From NCBI RefSeq assembly GCF_003334355.1, contig NZ_QOWP01000020.1: a stretch of DNA of 64,000 bases. One strand, written 5' to 3'. Every line of letters starts with the position of its first letter. Within the stretch, counting starts at the first letter, position 1. The DNA is from Escherichia coli. Lineage in GTDB: Bacteria > Pseudomonadota > Gammaproteobacteria > Enterobacterales > Enterobacteriaceae. Below the pieces are notes generated by a model. That model made no database searches. It was not told the DNA's origin and saw only the letters and a program-made list of their open reading frames with translations. The translations under genes were made by a program, and so were the position numbers. Shown piece after piece: positions 1-11,755 of the stretch.

Positions 1-46
1 AAGTTTGCCCCCAATTTGCCCCATTTAGTACCAGAGAACTGAAATA

Positions 47-982
47 ATGCAAGAAAATCAACAAATTACAAAGAAAGAACAATACAACCTGAACAAATTA
101 CAAAAACGTCTGCGTCGTAACGTGGGCGAAGCCATTGCTGACTTCAATATGATTGAAGAAGGCGATCGCATCATGGTTTGCCTCTCCGGGGGTAAAGACA
201 GCTATACCATGCTGGAGATTCTGCGCAATTTGCAGCAAAGCGCGCCAATCAATTTTTCGCTGGTGGCTGTTAACCTCGATCAAAAGCAACCGGGCTTCCC
301 GGAACACGTTCTGCCCGAGTATCTTGAAAAGCTGGGCGTTGAGTACAAGATTGTTGAAGAGAATACTTACGGTATCGTGAAAGAGAAGATTCCAGAGGGC
401 AAAACCACTTGCTCACTGTGTTCTCGCCTTCGTCGCGGTATCCTTTATCGTACCGCAACGGAACTGGGGGCGACGAAGATCGCGTTGGGTCACCATCGTG
501 ACGATATCCTGCAAACGTTGTTCTTAAATATGTTCTACGGCGGTAAGATGAAAGGTATGCCTCCGAAACTGATGAGCGATGATGGCAAACATATCGTTAT
601 TCGTCCGCTGGCCTACTGCCGCGAGAAAGATATTCAGCGATTTGCCGATGCAAAAGCGTTCCCGATTATTCCGTGCAACCTGTGCGGTTCACAGCCTAAC
701 CTGCAACGTCAGGTGATTGCTGACATGTTGCGTGACTGGGATAAACGTTATCCAGGGCGTATCGAGACGATGTTCAGCGCGATGCAGAATGTGGTGCCGT
801 CGCATCTGTGCGATACCAACCTGTTCGATTTCAAAGGCATCACCCACGGTTCTGAAGTGGTTAACGGGGGTGATCTGGCGTTTGATCGCGAAGAGATCCC
901 ACTACAACCGGCGGGCTGGCAGCCAGAAGAAGATGAAAATCAGTTGGATGAGTTACGGCTGAATGTGGTTGAAGTGAAATAA
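47..982 (+). CDS. ttcA: tRNA 2-thiocytidine(32) synthetase TtcA
   Basis: 311-aa ORF with PP-loop SGGKDS motif and CxxC cysteines; translation matches E. coli TtcA as I recall it. Confidence 0.93.
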   Translation: MQENQQITKKEQYNLNKLQKRLRRNVGEAIADFNMIEEGDRIMVCLSGGKDSYTMLEILRNLQQSAPINFSLVAVNLDQKQPGFPEHVLPEYLEKLGVEYKIVEENTYGIVKEKIPEGKTTCSLCSRLRRGILYRTATELGATKIALGHHRDDILQTLFLNMFYGGKMKGMPPKLMSDDGKHIVIRPLAYCREKDIQRFADAKAFPIIPCNLCGSQPNLQRQVIADMLRDWDKRYPGRIETMFSAMQNVVPSHLCDTNLFDFKGITHGSEVVNGGDLAFDREEIPLQPAGWQPEEDENQLDELRLNVVEVK

Positions 983-990
983 CCAGGATA

Positions 991-1064
991 GCGCCCGATG
1001 CGCAAGCGTATCGGGCTACTCTTATGGAGGCCGGATAAGACGCGGCCAGCGTCGCATCCGGCAA
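991..1064. repeat. REP-like palindromic units in the ttcA-dbpA intergenic region
   Basis: GC-rich imperfect palindromes (cgcccgatgcgcaagcgtatcgggc; gccggataagacgcggccagcgtcgcatccggc) of the REP type, between convergent genes. Confidence 0.6.
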
Positions 1065-1110
1065 TCCCGAATAAGATGTTTACTCTTGCACCCGGCAATT
1101 CAACATTTCA

Positions 1111-2484
1111 TTATTTTAATAACCGCACCCGGCACGTTTTTCCTTTAATCTTCCCGCCCTGTAACTGTTTCCATGCTTTATGAGCAACAGCCTGACGGAC
1201 CGCGACATAGACATGCGCCGGATGCACGGCGATTTTGCCAATATCTGCGCCATCAAGCCCGATATCTCCTGTCAGTGCACCTAATACATCACCCGGGCGC
1301 ATTTTGGCTTTTTTCCCGCCATCGATACACAACGTTGCCATTTCTGCTTCCAGCGTCGCAATGGAACTATTAGCTGGCGGCGTTTGCCAGTTAAGTTTTA
1401 TCTGCAACATGTCAGAAATGATATTGGCCCGCTGTGCTTCTTCCGGAGCACAGAAACTGATCGCCAGACCGCTATTTCCTGCACGAGCTGTACGACCGAT
1501 GCGATGTACATGAACTTCAGGGTCCCACGCCAGCTCAAAGTTCACCACCAGCTCAAGCGATTTAATATCCAGACCACGCGCAGCAACATCAGTCGCGACC
1601 AGTACACGGGCGCTACCGTTAGCAAAACGTACCAGGGTCTGATCGCGATCGCGTTGCTCCAAATCGCCGTGTAATGACAATGCACTTTGCCCTACTTCAT
1701 TCAGCGCGTCGCAGACAGCCTGGCAATCTTTTTTGGTATTGCAAAACACCACGCAAGAGGATGGCTGATGCAAGCTTAATAACCGTTGCAACAGAGGAAT
1801 TTTGCCTTTGCTGGATGTCTCATAAAATTGTTGTTCAATGGGTGGCAAAGCATCTGTTGAGTCAATTTCAATCGCCAAAGGATCGCGTTGCACTCGTCCG
1901 CTGATTGCAGCGATGGCTTCCGGCCAGGTTGCCGAAAACAGAAGCGTCTGTCGAGATGCAGGCGCAAAACGGATGACATCATCAATGGCATCGCTAAATC
2001 CCATATCCAGCATGCGGTCGGCCTCATCCATCACCAGCGTATTCAACGCATCCAGTGATACCGTGCCTTTTTGCAGGTGATCCAGCAAACGCCCCGGCGT
2101 TGCCACGATAATATGCGGCGCATGTTGCAACGAATCACGCTGCATACCGAACGGTTGACCACCGCACAACGTCAAAATTTTGGTATTTGGCAGAAAACGC
2201 GCCAGCCGACGCAATTCACCTGCCACCTGATCCGCCAGTTCACGCGTAGGACACAGCACTAAAGCCTGGGTTTGAAATAGCGACGCATCAATTTGCTGTA
2301 ACAAGCCGAGGCCAAAAGCCGCCGTTTTGCCGCTGCCGGTTTTCGCCTGCACGCGAACATCTTTTCCGGCAAGGATCGCCGGAAGCGCGGCGGCCTGCAC
2401 CGGCGTCATGGTTAAATAACCCAACTCATTAAGGTTCGTGAGTTGGGCGGGAGGCAAAACATTCAGGGTAGAAAAAGCGGTCAC
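1111..2484 (-). CDS. dbpA: ATP-dependent DEAD-box RNA helicase DbpA
   Basis: 457-aa ORF with helicase motifs (AKTGSGKT, DEAD, SAT, HRIGRTAR); matches E. coli DbpA. Confidence 0.95.
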   Translation of the reverse strand: MTAFSTLNVLPPAQLTNLNELGYLTMTPVQAAALPAILAGKDVRVQAKTGSGKTAAFGLGLLQQIDASLFQTQALVLCPTRELADQVAGELRRLARFLPNTKILTLCGGQPFGMQRDSLQHAPHIIVATPGRLLDHLQKGTVSLDALNTLVMDEADRMLDMGFSDAIDDVIRFAPASRQTLLFSATWPEAIAAISGRVQRDPLAIEIDSTDALPPIEQQFYETSSKGKIPLLQRLLSLHQPSSCVVFCNTKKDCQAVCDALNEVGQSALSLHGDLEQRDRDQTLVRFANGSARVLVATDVAARGLDIKSLELVVNFELAWDPEVHVHRIGRTARAGNSGLAISFCAPEEAQRANIISDMLQIKLNWQTPPANSSIATLEAEMATLCIDGGKKAKMRPGDVLGALTGDIGLDGADIGKIAVHPAHVYVAVRQAVAHKAWKQLQGGKIKGKTCRVRLLK

Positions 2485-2513
2485 AATCTATTCTCGTGGT
2501 CATCGACGCAAAG

Positions 2514-2687
2514 TTAGCAGGCGCGTATCCTCGCAGATCTACGCTCACGATGCGACAATTTAATCGGTTCTTCATCGGGTGGTGGGTCAGGCATGGGTTG
2601 CGGGCGAGGGATCGGATCGGGCACTGGAACAGGATCGCCAGGAATCGGTTCAGGGACAGGAATTTGCAAATAAATAAGTGTCGTCAT
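2514..2687 (-). CDS. candidate small proline-rich protein (57 aa) upstream of dbpA
   Basis: My own translation of the minus strand: ATG at 2687 preceded by agaggg Shine-Dalgarno, giving MTTLIYLQIPVPEPIPGDPVPVPDPIPRPQPMPDPPPDEEPIKLSHRERRSARIRAC, stop at 2514-2516. Below the 60-aa cut-off of the ORF track. Confidence 0.4.
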   Translation of the reverse strand: MTTLIYLQIPVPEPIPGDPVPVPDPIPRPQPMPDPPPDEEPIKLSHRERRSARIRAC

Positions 2688-2961
2688 ATTTCCCTCTGGT
2701 CATTGGGTGGACTCTTAAAGGGTAGACGCTGATAAATAACAGGCAAAAAAAAGCCGACTCATCAAAGTCGGCGTCGTACGAATCAATTGTGCTATGCAGT
2801 AATTCAAAAAAGGAAGTAAGACAATATGGAGCGCAACGCCCATCGCTTGACGTTGCATTCACCTGCAAGAGAGATATTGCCCTGAATGGGTAGAGAGTTT
2901 ATTGACTTCGCTCAAACTTTGCGGCGTTTTTGTATACAGACAGCCGGAAAAATTGCTTTTG

Positions 2962-3966
<1,005 letters not shown>

Positions 3967-4199
3967 TTATTTTGTAGTCTAGCCTTCTGGCCCTGTTACG
4001 CAACATCTCATCACCCCATTACCCTGAAATGATTAATAAAATTCTGTCTAAATTGAATACAAAAAGCAAAATGCTTTTCCGTATACAAACCGTGTGAAGT
4101 GTTAAATAGCGTCTATCATTATCAGAATTATCTGATCATATGACGTGGCTTTTTTGCGATCGGATAGCAACAAAAATTGATAAAAATAACGGGATCTCA

Positions 4200-5432
4200 A
4201 TGATTACGCACAACTTCAATACCCTGGACTTACTCACCAGTCCTGTCTGGATCGTTTCGCCCTTTGAGGAACAGTTAATTTATGCCAATAGCGCGGCGAA
4301 ACTGTTGATGCAAGACCTCACGTTTAGTCAGCTACGAACCGGACCCTATTCCGTCTCCTCACAAAAAGAACTGCCGAAATACCTCTCCGATCTGCAAAAC
4401 CAACACGATATTATCGAAATCCTCACTGTTCAGCGTAAAGAAGAGGAAACAGCATTGAGCTGTCGGCTTGTTTTGCGAAAGCTGACAGAAACAGAACCGG
4501 TGATTATTTTCGAAGGTATCGAAGCGCCGGCAACGCTGGGTTTAAAAGCCAGTCGCTCGGCAAATTATCAGCGCAAAAAACAAGGTTTTTATGCGCGCTT
4601 TTTTCTGACTAACTCTGCACCAATGTTGTTGATTGACCCGTCACGAGATGGACAAATCGTCGATGCTAACCTCGCCGCGCTCAATTTCTATGGTTATAAC
4701 CATGAAACGATGTGCCAGAAACATACCTGGGAAATAAATATGCTCGGGCGTCGCGTCATGCCTATCATGCATGAAATCTCGCATTTACCCGGTGGTCATA
4801 AACCTTTGAATTTTGTTCATAAACTGGCGGATGGTTCGACTGGTCATGTGCAGACCTATGCCGGACCGATTGAAATTTATGGCGACAAGCTCATGTTATG
4901 TATTGTGCATGATATTACTGAGCAAAAACGGCTGGAGGAGCAGCTGGAACATGCTGCTCACCATGACGCGATGACCGGATTACTGAATCGGCGACAGTTT
5001 TATCACATTACGGAACCAGGCCAAATGCAGCATCTCGCCATCGCTCAGGATTACAGCTTGTTGCTCATCGACACCGATCGTTTTAAACACATTAACGATC
5101 TCTATGGGCATTCTAAAGGTGATGAGGTGTTATGCGCCCTCGCCCGCACCCTCGAAAGTTGCGCTCGCAAAGGCGATTTGGTGTTTCGTTGGGGAGGCGA
5201 AGAGTTTGTCTTATTGCTACCAAGAACCCCACTGGATACCGCGCTTTCGCTGGCTGAAACTATCCGCGTAAGCGTGGCAAAAGTGAGTATTTCGGGCTTA
5301 CCACGCTTTACCGTCAGCATTGGTGTGGCGCATCACGAAGGAAATGAAAGCATCGATGAACTGTTTAAACGCGTTGATGATGCTTTGTATCGGGCGAAAA
5401 ATGATGGACGCAACCGCGTGCTGGCGGCATAA
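4200..5432 (+). CDS. dgcM: diguanylate cyclase DgcM (PAS-GGDEF)
   Basis: ORF 4140..5432; likely start is the ATG at 4200 (MITHNFNTLDL...); GGEEF motif present (RWGGEEFVLLL). Confidence 0.9.
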   Translation: MITHNFNTLDLLTSPVWIVSPFEEQLIYANSAAKLLMQDLTFSQLRTGPYSVSSQKELPKYLSDLQNQHDIIEILTVQRKEEETALSCRLVLRKLTETEPVIIFEGIEAPATLGLKASRSANYQRKKQGFYARFFLTNSAPMLLIDPSRDGQIVDANLAALNFYGYNHETMCQKHTWEINMLGRRVMPIMHEISHLPGGHKPLNFVHKLADGSTGHVQTYAGPIEIYGDKLMLCIVHDITEQKRLEEQLEHAAHHDAMTGLLNRRQFYHITEPGQMQHLAIAQDYSLLLIDTDRFKHINDLYGHSKGDEVLCALARTLESCARKGDLVFRWGGEEFVLLLPRTPLDTALSLAETIRVSVAKVSISGLPRFTVSIGVAHHEGNESIDELFKRVDDALYRAKNDGRNRVLAA

Positions 5433-5452
5433 GCCGCGGATGCGTCTCGAGA

Positions 5453-6016
5453 TCAACGACTGCGCTTAGCGTGGCGCTCCCAGTTTTCTTGCTTCGCCTG
5501 CGCCGTTTTACGTAGTGCGACGTAACACGCCCCGCTGCCGCCATGATGCGGTAGCGCGGTGCAATATGCCTGAACATCATCAAATTCGGTCAGCCAGCGC
5601 GCCACATAGCTGCGGACAATATTGGCATGCGATTTATCATCCCGCCCTTTACCATGAATAATCAGCACGTTACGCAAACCATCCGCCAGGGCTTGTTGAA
5701 TAAAACTGAACACCATTTTGCGGCACTCTTCCACCGGCTGGCGCAAAAGATTCAGGCTCGCCTGTTGCGGATATTTACCACTGCGCAGCTTATCCAGCAC
5801 CCCATGTTGCAACCCTTCCCGCCGAAACTCCAGCGGCTGACTTAGTGGGATGATGTCGAGAAATCCGGTGGTGAGGAAATTATCAAGCTGCAGCGTGTCG
5901 ATACGCTGCGGCGCACGTTGGTTACGCGTTGGATGCCAGTGGACATCGGTAGCACGTTTCAGCGGCTGGACATCTTCCATGGCGTCAAGAAACAGCGATT
6001 TGTCGTCAAGGTTCAT
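5453..6016 (-). CDS. smrA: Smr-domain DNA endonuclease SmrA
   Basis: 187-aa ORF with C-terminal Smr domain (LIIHGKGR...); matches E. coli SmrA/YdaL. Confidence 0.88.
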   Translation of the reverse strand: MNLDDKSLFLDAMEDVQPLKRATDVHWHPTRNQRAPQRIDTLQLDNFLTTGFLDIIPLSQPLEFRREGLQHGVLDKLRSGKYPQQASLNLLRQPVEECRKMVFSFIQQALADGLRNVLIIHGKGRDDKSHANIVRSYVARWLTEFDDVQAYCTALPHHGGSGACYVALRKTAQAKQENWERHAKRSR

Positions 6017-6179
6017 GTTACATCCTCCCGCAATTAAGAGCGCGATATGATAACCAGACCGGGTCGGTCCAACAACGTATTACCCAAATTTCCAGTAATA
6101 AGTTCCAAATATTGCCGATATTTTAAGCAAAATACTTATGCATGATTATTCATTCACGATATTAATAATGTAACTTATA

Positions 6180-6337
6180 TTTTCGTGAAATCTGTCACTG
6201 AAGAAAATTGGCAACTAAAGGTTAAAACCGTTATAACACAGTCACCGGCGCAGAGGAGACAATGCCGGATTTAAGACGCGGATGCACTGCTGTGTGTACT
6301 GTAGAGTCTGGCGGATGTCGACAGACTCTATTTTTTT
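6180..6337 (+). ncRNA. isrA: candidate small RNA (IsrA-like) ending at an intrinsic terminator
   Basis: Plus-strand hairpin tagagtctggcggatgtcgacagactcta (6302-6330) followed by ttttttt, with no plus-strand CDS upstream. I recall a small RNA (IsrA/IS061) in the abgR-ydaL spacer of K-12. The 5' end is a guess. Confidence 0.35.
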
Positions 6338-6345
6338 ATGCAGTT

Positions 6346-7254
6346 TTAACTTTGCAGATAGCCGCATTCTCGCCGGAATTGCGTGATTAATGACGCGGTC
6401 AGTGGTGTCTGGCGACTATCACGCCGCTGAATCAAATAATAGGCCGCTTTCGGTAAAATTTCGCTAACCGGCAACATCACCAGCCCCTGTCCGTGCAAGG
6501 GATCGCAGCCCATTTCTTCAGGCAGTATGCTGAGAAAATCGCTTTTTGCCACCAGACTGATACAGGCTGAGAACGTCTCGCAGACTACACCGACCTGTGG
6601 CGTTTGCGCCTGATCGTCAAGCAATTCACTCAACTGTTTGTAGTAACTGCCGTGTGGCGTCGGCATTGTCCAGCTGTAATCCAGTAACTGTTTGATCGAA
6701 CGGGCACCAATGGCGGGGTGTCCCGGGCGGCAAAAGATCGCGAATTGCTTTTCCAGTAATTTCTCAAAAGTAAATTCGTGGTCGTACGGTCCCTGATAAT
6801 AGGTATTGATGGTGAAATCCAATTCTCCCTGACGCAATTCATTAATCATCGACACCAGTTGCCCTTCCATAATGCGTACTTTTACCTGCGGATGCTGCTG
6901 ATGAAAACGAGATATGACAGCTGGCATCAGACTGCGGGAAATACTGGCCCCCATGCCGATATTAATCTGCCCTGCCAGTTGCCCTTGTCGTTGGCGAATA
7001 TCCTCTTGGGCTGCGCGCAGCTCTTCAAGAATAAGACTGGCGTGCTGATAAAAACTTTCACCGGCATCAGTTAACGTCACGCCTTTACTACGGCGAAAAA
7101 AGAGTTGCGCCGCTAACCCTTCTTCCAGCTCCTGAATAGATTTACTCAGTGCCGGTTGCGACATATTCAACATTCGGCTCGCTCCGCGAATGCTGCCCTG
7201 ACGAGCCACTTCAACAAAAGCCCGAATTTGATGAATTTTTACCTGAAAAGCCAT
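6346..7254 (-). CDS. abgR: LysR-family transcriptional regulator AbgR
   Basis: 302-aa ORF with N-terminal LysR HTH; divergent from abgA. Confidence 0.92.
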   Translation of the reverse strand: MAFQVKIHQIRAFVEVARQGSIRGASRMLNMSQPALSKSIQELEEGLAAQLFFRRSKGVTLTDAGESFYQHASLILEELRAAQEDIRQRQGQLAGQINIGMGASISRSLMPAVISRFHQQHPQVKVRIMEGQLVSMINELRQGELDFTINTYYQGPYDHEFTFEKLLEKQFAIFCRPGHPAIGARSIKQLLDYSWTMPTPHGSYYKQLSELLDDQAQTPQVGVVCETFSACISLVAKSDFLSILPEEMGCDPLHGQGLVMLPVSEILPKAAYYLIQRRDSRQTPLTASLITQFRRECGYLQS

Positions 7255-7429
7255 GACGCCACCGATAACCGTTATTTATCAGACCAAAGAAACTGGCATC
7301 TACTTTAATGCAGATGATTGTGTCAGGGTAATTTATGAACGGTTAAAACTGTGAAAAATCAGTTAGTGATAAGTAAAAACTATCGCTACGTGAACCGGGT
7401 CACACTTTTTACTGATGACGGGAAAGGTT

Positions 7430-8740
7430 ATGGAGTCTTTGAATCAATTTGTTAATTCGCTTGCCCCAAAATTATCGCACTGGCGACGTGATTTTCATCA
7501 CTATGCAGAGTCTGGCTGGGTGGAATTCCGCACTGCCACCCTTGTTGCGGAAGAATTGCAGCAGCTCGGCTATTCACTGGCGCTGGGCCGCGAAGTAGTT
7601 AATGAAAGTAGCCGGATGGGACTACCTGATGAACTCACTCTACAACGCGAATTCGAGCGCGCTCGTCAACAGGGTGCGCTAGCACAATGGATTGCGGTTT
7701 TTGAAGGTGGTTTCACGGGTATCGTCGCCACCCTGGATACCGGTCGCCCCGGTCCGGTGATGGCTTTCCGTGTCGATATGGACGCGCTGGATCTCAGTGA
7801 AGAGCAGGATGTCAGCCATCGCCCCTACCGCGACGGTTTTGCGTCATGTAACGCCGGAATGATGCATGCCTGTGGTCATGATGGACATACCGCCATTGGG
7901 CTTGGGCTGGCGCATACCCTTAAACAATTCGAGTCCGGACTACATGGCGTCATCAAACTGATTTTTCAGCCTGCAGAGGAAGGTACGCGTGGCGCGCGGG
8001 CGATGGTCGATGCAGGTGTCGTAGATGATGTTGATTATTTTACTGCCGTGCACATTGGCACTGGCGTACCTGCGGGCACCGTGGTGTGCGGCAGTGATAA
8101 TTTTATGGCAACCACCAAATTTGACGCGCACTTCACCGGTACCGCCGCTCACGCAGGCGCAAAACCAGAAGACGGTCACAATGCCTTGTTGGCGGCAGCA
8201 CAAGCCACTCTTGCACTGCATGCAATCGCCCCGCACAGCGAAGGAGCTTCCAGAGTAAACGTGGGCGTTATGCAGGCAGGAAGCGGTCGTAACGTTGTTC
8301 CTGCCTCGGCGTTGCTGAAAGTGGAAACACGCGGGGCCAGCGACGTCATTAATCAATATGTTTTTGACCGTGCACAACAAGCGATTCAGGGCGCAGCAAC
8401 CATGTATGGTGTCGGCGTTGAAACTCGTCTGATGGGTGCAGCTACCGCCAGTTCTCCTTCGCCGCAATGGGTCGCATGGTTGCAAAGTCAGGCGGCTCAG
8501 GTCGCGGGGGTCAATCAGGCCATTGAACGTGTTGAAGCGCCTGCGGGTTCCGAAGATGCCACATTAATGATGGCCCGCGTGCAGCAACATCAAGGGCAAG
8601 CCTCCTACGTGGTGTTTGGCACACAGCTGGCGGCAGGTCATCACAACGAAAAATTCGATTTTGACGAGCAGGTTCTCGCTATTGCCGTCGAAACGCTGGC
8701 GCGCACCGCGCTCAATTTTCCCTGGACGCGAGGTATCTGA
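7430..8740 (+). CDS. abgA: p-aminobenzoyl-glutamate hydrolase subunit A (M20 peptidase)
   Basis: ORF 7415..8740; likely start ATG at 7430 (MESLNQF...) after ggaaagg RBS; M20 amidohydrolase family. Confidence 0.92.
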   Translation: MESLNQFVNSLAPKLSHWRRDFHHYAESGWVEFRTATLVAEELQQLGYSLALGREVVNESSRMGLPDELTLQREFERARQQGALAQWIAVFEGGFTGIVATLDTGRPGPVMAFRVDMDALDLSEEQDVSHRPYRDGFASCNAGMMHACGHDGHTAIGLGLAHTLKQFESGLHGVIKLIFQPAEEGTRGARAMVDAGVVDDVDYFTAVHIGTGVPAGTVVCGSDNFMATTKFDAHFTGTAAHAGAKPEDGHNALLAAAQATLALHAIAPHSEGASRVNVGVMQAGSGRNVVPASALLKVETRGASDVINQYVFDRAQQAIQGAATMYGVGVETRLMGAATASSPSPQWVAWLQSQAAQVAGVNQAIERVEAPAGSEDATLMMARVQQHQGQASYVVFGTQLAAGHHNEKFDFDEQVLAIAVETLARTALNFPWTRGI

Positions 8741-10185
8741 TGCAGGAAATCTATCGTTTTATCGACGATGCGATTGAAGCCGATCGCCAACGTTATACCG
8801 ATATTGCCGATCAAATCTGGGATCATCCAGAAACACGTTTTGAAGAGTTCTGGTCAGCGGAGCATCTGGCTTCGGCGCTGGAATCTGCAGGCTTCACCGT
8901 TACCCGCAACGTAGGCAATATCCCAAATGCCTTTATTGCTTCGTTTGGTCAAGGCAAACCGGTTATCGCCCTGCTGGGAGAATATGACGCCCTGGCAGGT
9001 TTAAGTCAGCAAGCTGGTTGCGCGCAACCTATATCCGCGACGCCCGGTGAAAATGGTCACGGTTGCGGACACAATTTGCTGGGAACCGCCGCCTTTGCCG
9101 CTGCAATAGCCGTCAAGAAATGGCTGGAACAATATGGGCAAGGCGGCACAGTGCGCTTTTATGGTTGTCCTGGCGAAGAAGGCGGCTCGGGTAAAACGTT
9201 CATGGTCCGCGAGGGGGTATTTGATGATGTGGATGCGGCACTCACCTGGCACCCGGAAGCCTTTGCCGGCATGTTCAATACCCGCACGCTGGCAAACATT
9301 CAGGCATCATGGCGCTTTAAAGGGATCGCAGCACATGCCGCGAATTCCCCTCATTTGGGACGCAGCGCCCTTGATGCCGTAACGTTGATGACCACTGGCA
9401 CCAACTTCCTCAACGAACATATTATTGAAAAAGCGCGCGTACACTATGCCATCACAAATAGCGGCGGGATCTCACCCAACGTGGTCCAGGCGCAGGCAGA
9501 AGTGCTTTATCTTATCCGCGCCCCCGAAATGACCGACGTGCAGCATATTTATGATCGGGTCGCCAAAATCGCCGAAGGTGCGGCATTGATGACCGAAACC
9601 ACGGTTGAATGCCGCTTCGACAAAGCCTGTTCCAGTTATCTCCCGAATCGCACCTTAGAAAATGCCATGTACCGAGCCCTATCCCATTTTGGTACCCCGG
9701 AATGGAACTCCGAAGAACTGGCTTTTGCGAAACAAATTCAGGCTACGCTCACCTCCAACGATCGGCAAAACAGTCTGAATAATATCGCCGCAACCGGTGG
9801 CGAAAACGGCAAGGTTTTTGCACTACGTCATCGTGAAACGGTACTGGCGAATGAAGTCGCTCCATATGCCGCCACCGATAACGTGCTTGCAGCATCGACA
9901 GATGTCGGCGACGTCAGTTGGAAACTGCCTGTTGCCCAGTGTTTCAGCCCCTGTTTTGCCGTCGGTACACCGCTACATACGTGGCAACTGGTTAGCCAGG
10001 GGCGAACATCTATTGCTCATAAAGGAATGCTGCTCGCGGCGAAAACTATGGCTGCAACCACAGTCAATCTCTTCATTGATTCAGGGCTATTGCAAGAATG
10101 CCAACAAGAGCATCAGCAAGTTACGGACACGCAACCGTATCACTGCCCTATCCCGAAAAACGTGACACCGTCACCTTTAAAATAA
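8740..10185 (+). CDS. abgB: p-aminobenzoyl-glutamate hydrolase subunit B (M20 peptidase)
   Basis: 481-aa ORF; start overlaps the abgA stop (ATGA coupling); M20 family. Confidence 0.92.
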   Translation: MQEIYRFIDDAIEADRQRYTDIADQIWDHPETRFEEFWSAEHLASALESAGFTVTRNVGNIPNAFIASFGQGKPVIALLGEYDALAGLSQQAGCAQPISATPGENGHGCGHNLLGTAAFAAAIAVKKWLEQYGQGGTVRFYGCPGEEGGSGKTFMVREGVFDDVDAALTWHPEAFAGMFNTRTLANIQASWRFKGIAAHAANSPHLGRSALDAVTLMTTGTNFLNEHIIEKARVHYAITNSGGISPNVVQAQAEVLYLIRAPEMTDVQHIYDRVAKIAEGAALMTETTVECRFDKACSSYLPNRTLENAMYRALSHFGTPEWNSEELAFAKQIQATLTSNDRQNSLNNIAATGGENGKVFALRHRETVLANEVAPYAATDNVLAASTDVGDVSWKLPVAQCFSPCFAVGTPLHTWQLVSQGRTSIAHKGMLLAAKTMAATTVNLFIDSGLLQECQQEHQQVTDTQPYHCPIPKNVTPSPLK

Positions 10186-10218
10186 CAACAACGCAAACAC
10201 AACAACCGAGGAATGTCC

Positions 10219-11745
10219 ATGAGTATGTCATCCATACCGTCATCCTCCCAATCCGGGAAGCTCTATGGCTGGGTCGAAAGAATTGGTAACAAGGTTCCCC
10301 ATCCTTTTTTGCTCTTTATCTATTTGATTATCGTACTCATGGTGACGACGGCAATTTTGTCGGCCTTTGGCGTCAGTGCGAAAAACCCGACCGATGGTAC
10401 GCCGGTCGTGGTGAAAAACCTGCTCAGTGTGGAAGGATTACACTGGTTTTTACCCAATGTTATTAAAAACTTTAGCGGTTTTGCCCCACTTGGCGCGATC
10501 CTGGCGCTGGTTTTAGGTGCCGGTCTGGCGGAGCGCGTCGGCTTACTGCCAGCGCTAATGGTTAAAATGGCATCGCATGTTAATGCCCGCTACGCCAGTT
10601 ATATGGTGCTGTTTATTGCTTTTTTCAGCCACATTTCTTCCGATGCGGCGTTAGTGATCATGCCACCGATGGGTGCGCTGATTTTTCTGGCGGTGGGCAG
10701 ACATCCAGTTGCAGGTTTACTGGCCGCCATTGCAGGCGTAGGTTGCGGCTTTACGGCTAATTTACTGATTGTCACAACCGACGTGTTGCTGTCGGGGATC
10801 AGCACGGAAGCGGCGGCTGCGTTCAATCCGCAAATGCACGTCAGTGTAATTGATAACTGGTATTTTATGGCCAGCTCCGTAGTCGTACTGACGATTGTTG
10901 GCGGCCTGATAACCGACAAAATCATCGAACCACGGTTAGGTCAATGGCAGGGAAACAGCGATGAGAAACTGCAGACATTGACCGAAAGTCAGCGTTTTGG
11001 TTTACGCATAGCAGGTGTCGTATCGCTACTTTTTATTGCTGCGATTGCGCTGATGGTGATCCCGGAAAACGGGATATTGCGCGATCCGATTAATCACACC
11101 GTGATGCCATCACCCTTTATTAAAGGTATCGTGCCACTGATCATTCTTTTTTTCTTTGTGGTCTCGCTGGCTTATGGCATCGCTACTCGCACAATTCGAC
11201 GTCAGGCGGATTTACCGCATTTAATGATTGAACCGATGAAAGAGATGGCGGGATTTATCGTGATGGTTTTTCCCCTCGCCCAGTTTGTCGCCATGTTTAA
11301 CTGGAGCAACATGGGGAAATTCATCGCCGTGGGGCTGACCGATATACTGGAAAGTTCAGGGCTTAGCGGCATCCCGGCGTTTGTCGGTCTGGCGTTGCTT
11401 TCCTCTTTCTTATGCATGTTTATCGCCAGCGGTTCCGCAATCTGGTCGATTCTGGCCCCCATTTTCGTACCAATGTTTATGCTACTTGGCTTTCACCCGG
11501 CATTTGCGCAAATCCTCTTTCGTATTGCCGACTCATCCGTATTGCCTTTAGCGCCAGTATCTCCTTTTGTTCCACTGTTTCTTGGATTCCTGCAACGCTA
11601 CAAACCAGACGCGAAACTGGGTACTTACTATTCGTTAGTCTTGCCCTATCCACTTATCTTTTTGGTGGTATGGCTGCTGATGTTGCTGGCGTGGTATCTT
11701 GTCGGTCTGCCGATAGGTCCGGGTATTTACCCACGTTTGTCTTAA
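10219..11745 (+). CDS. abgT: p-aminobenzoyl-glutamate transporter AbgT
   Basis: Polytopic membrane protein of the AbgT family; start chosen at the second ATG (MSMSSIPSS...). Confidence 0.92.
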
Positions 11746-11755
11746 GAGAGAACGG

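Noticed and set aside
2496-2732. 78-aa plus-strand ORF in the dbpA-zntB spacer
   Set aside because: Arg/Gly/Trp-rich low-complexity translation with no RBS; it is the mirror frame of the minus-strand proline-rich ORF, which has the better start context.
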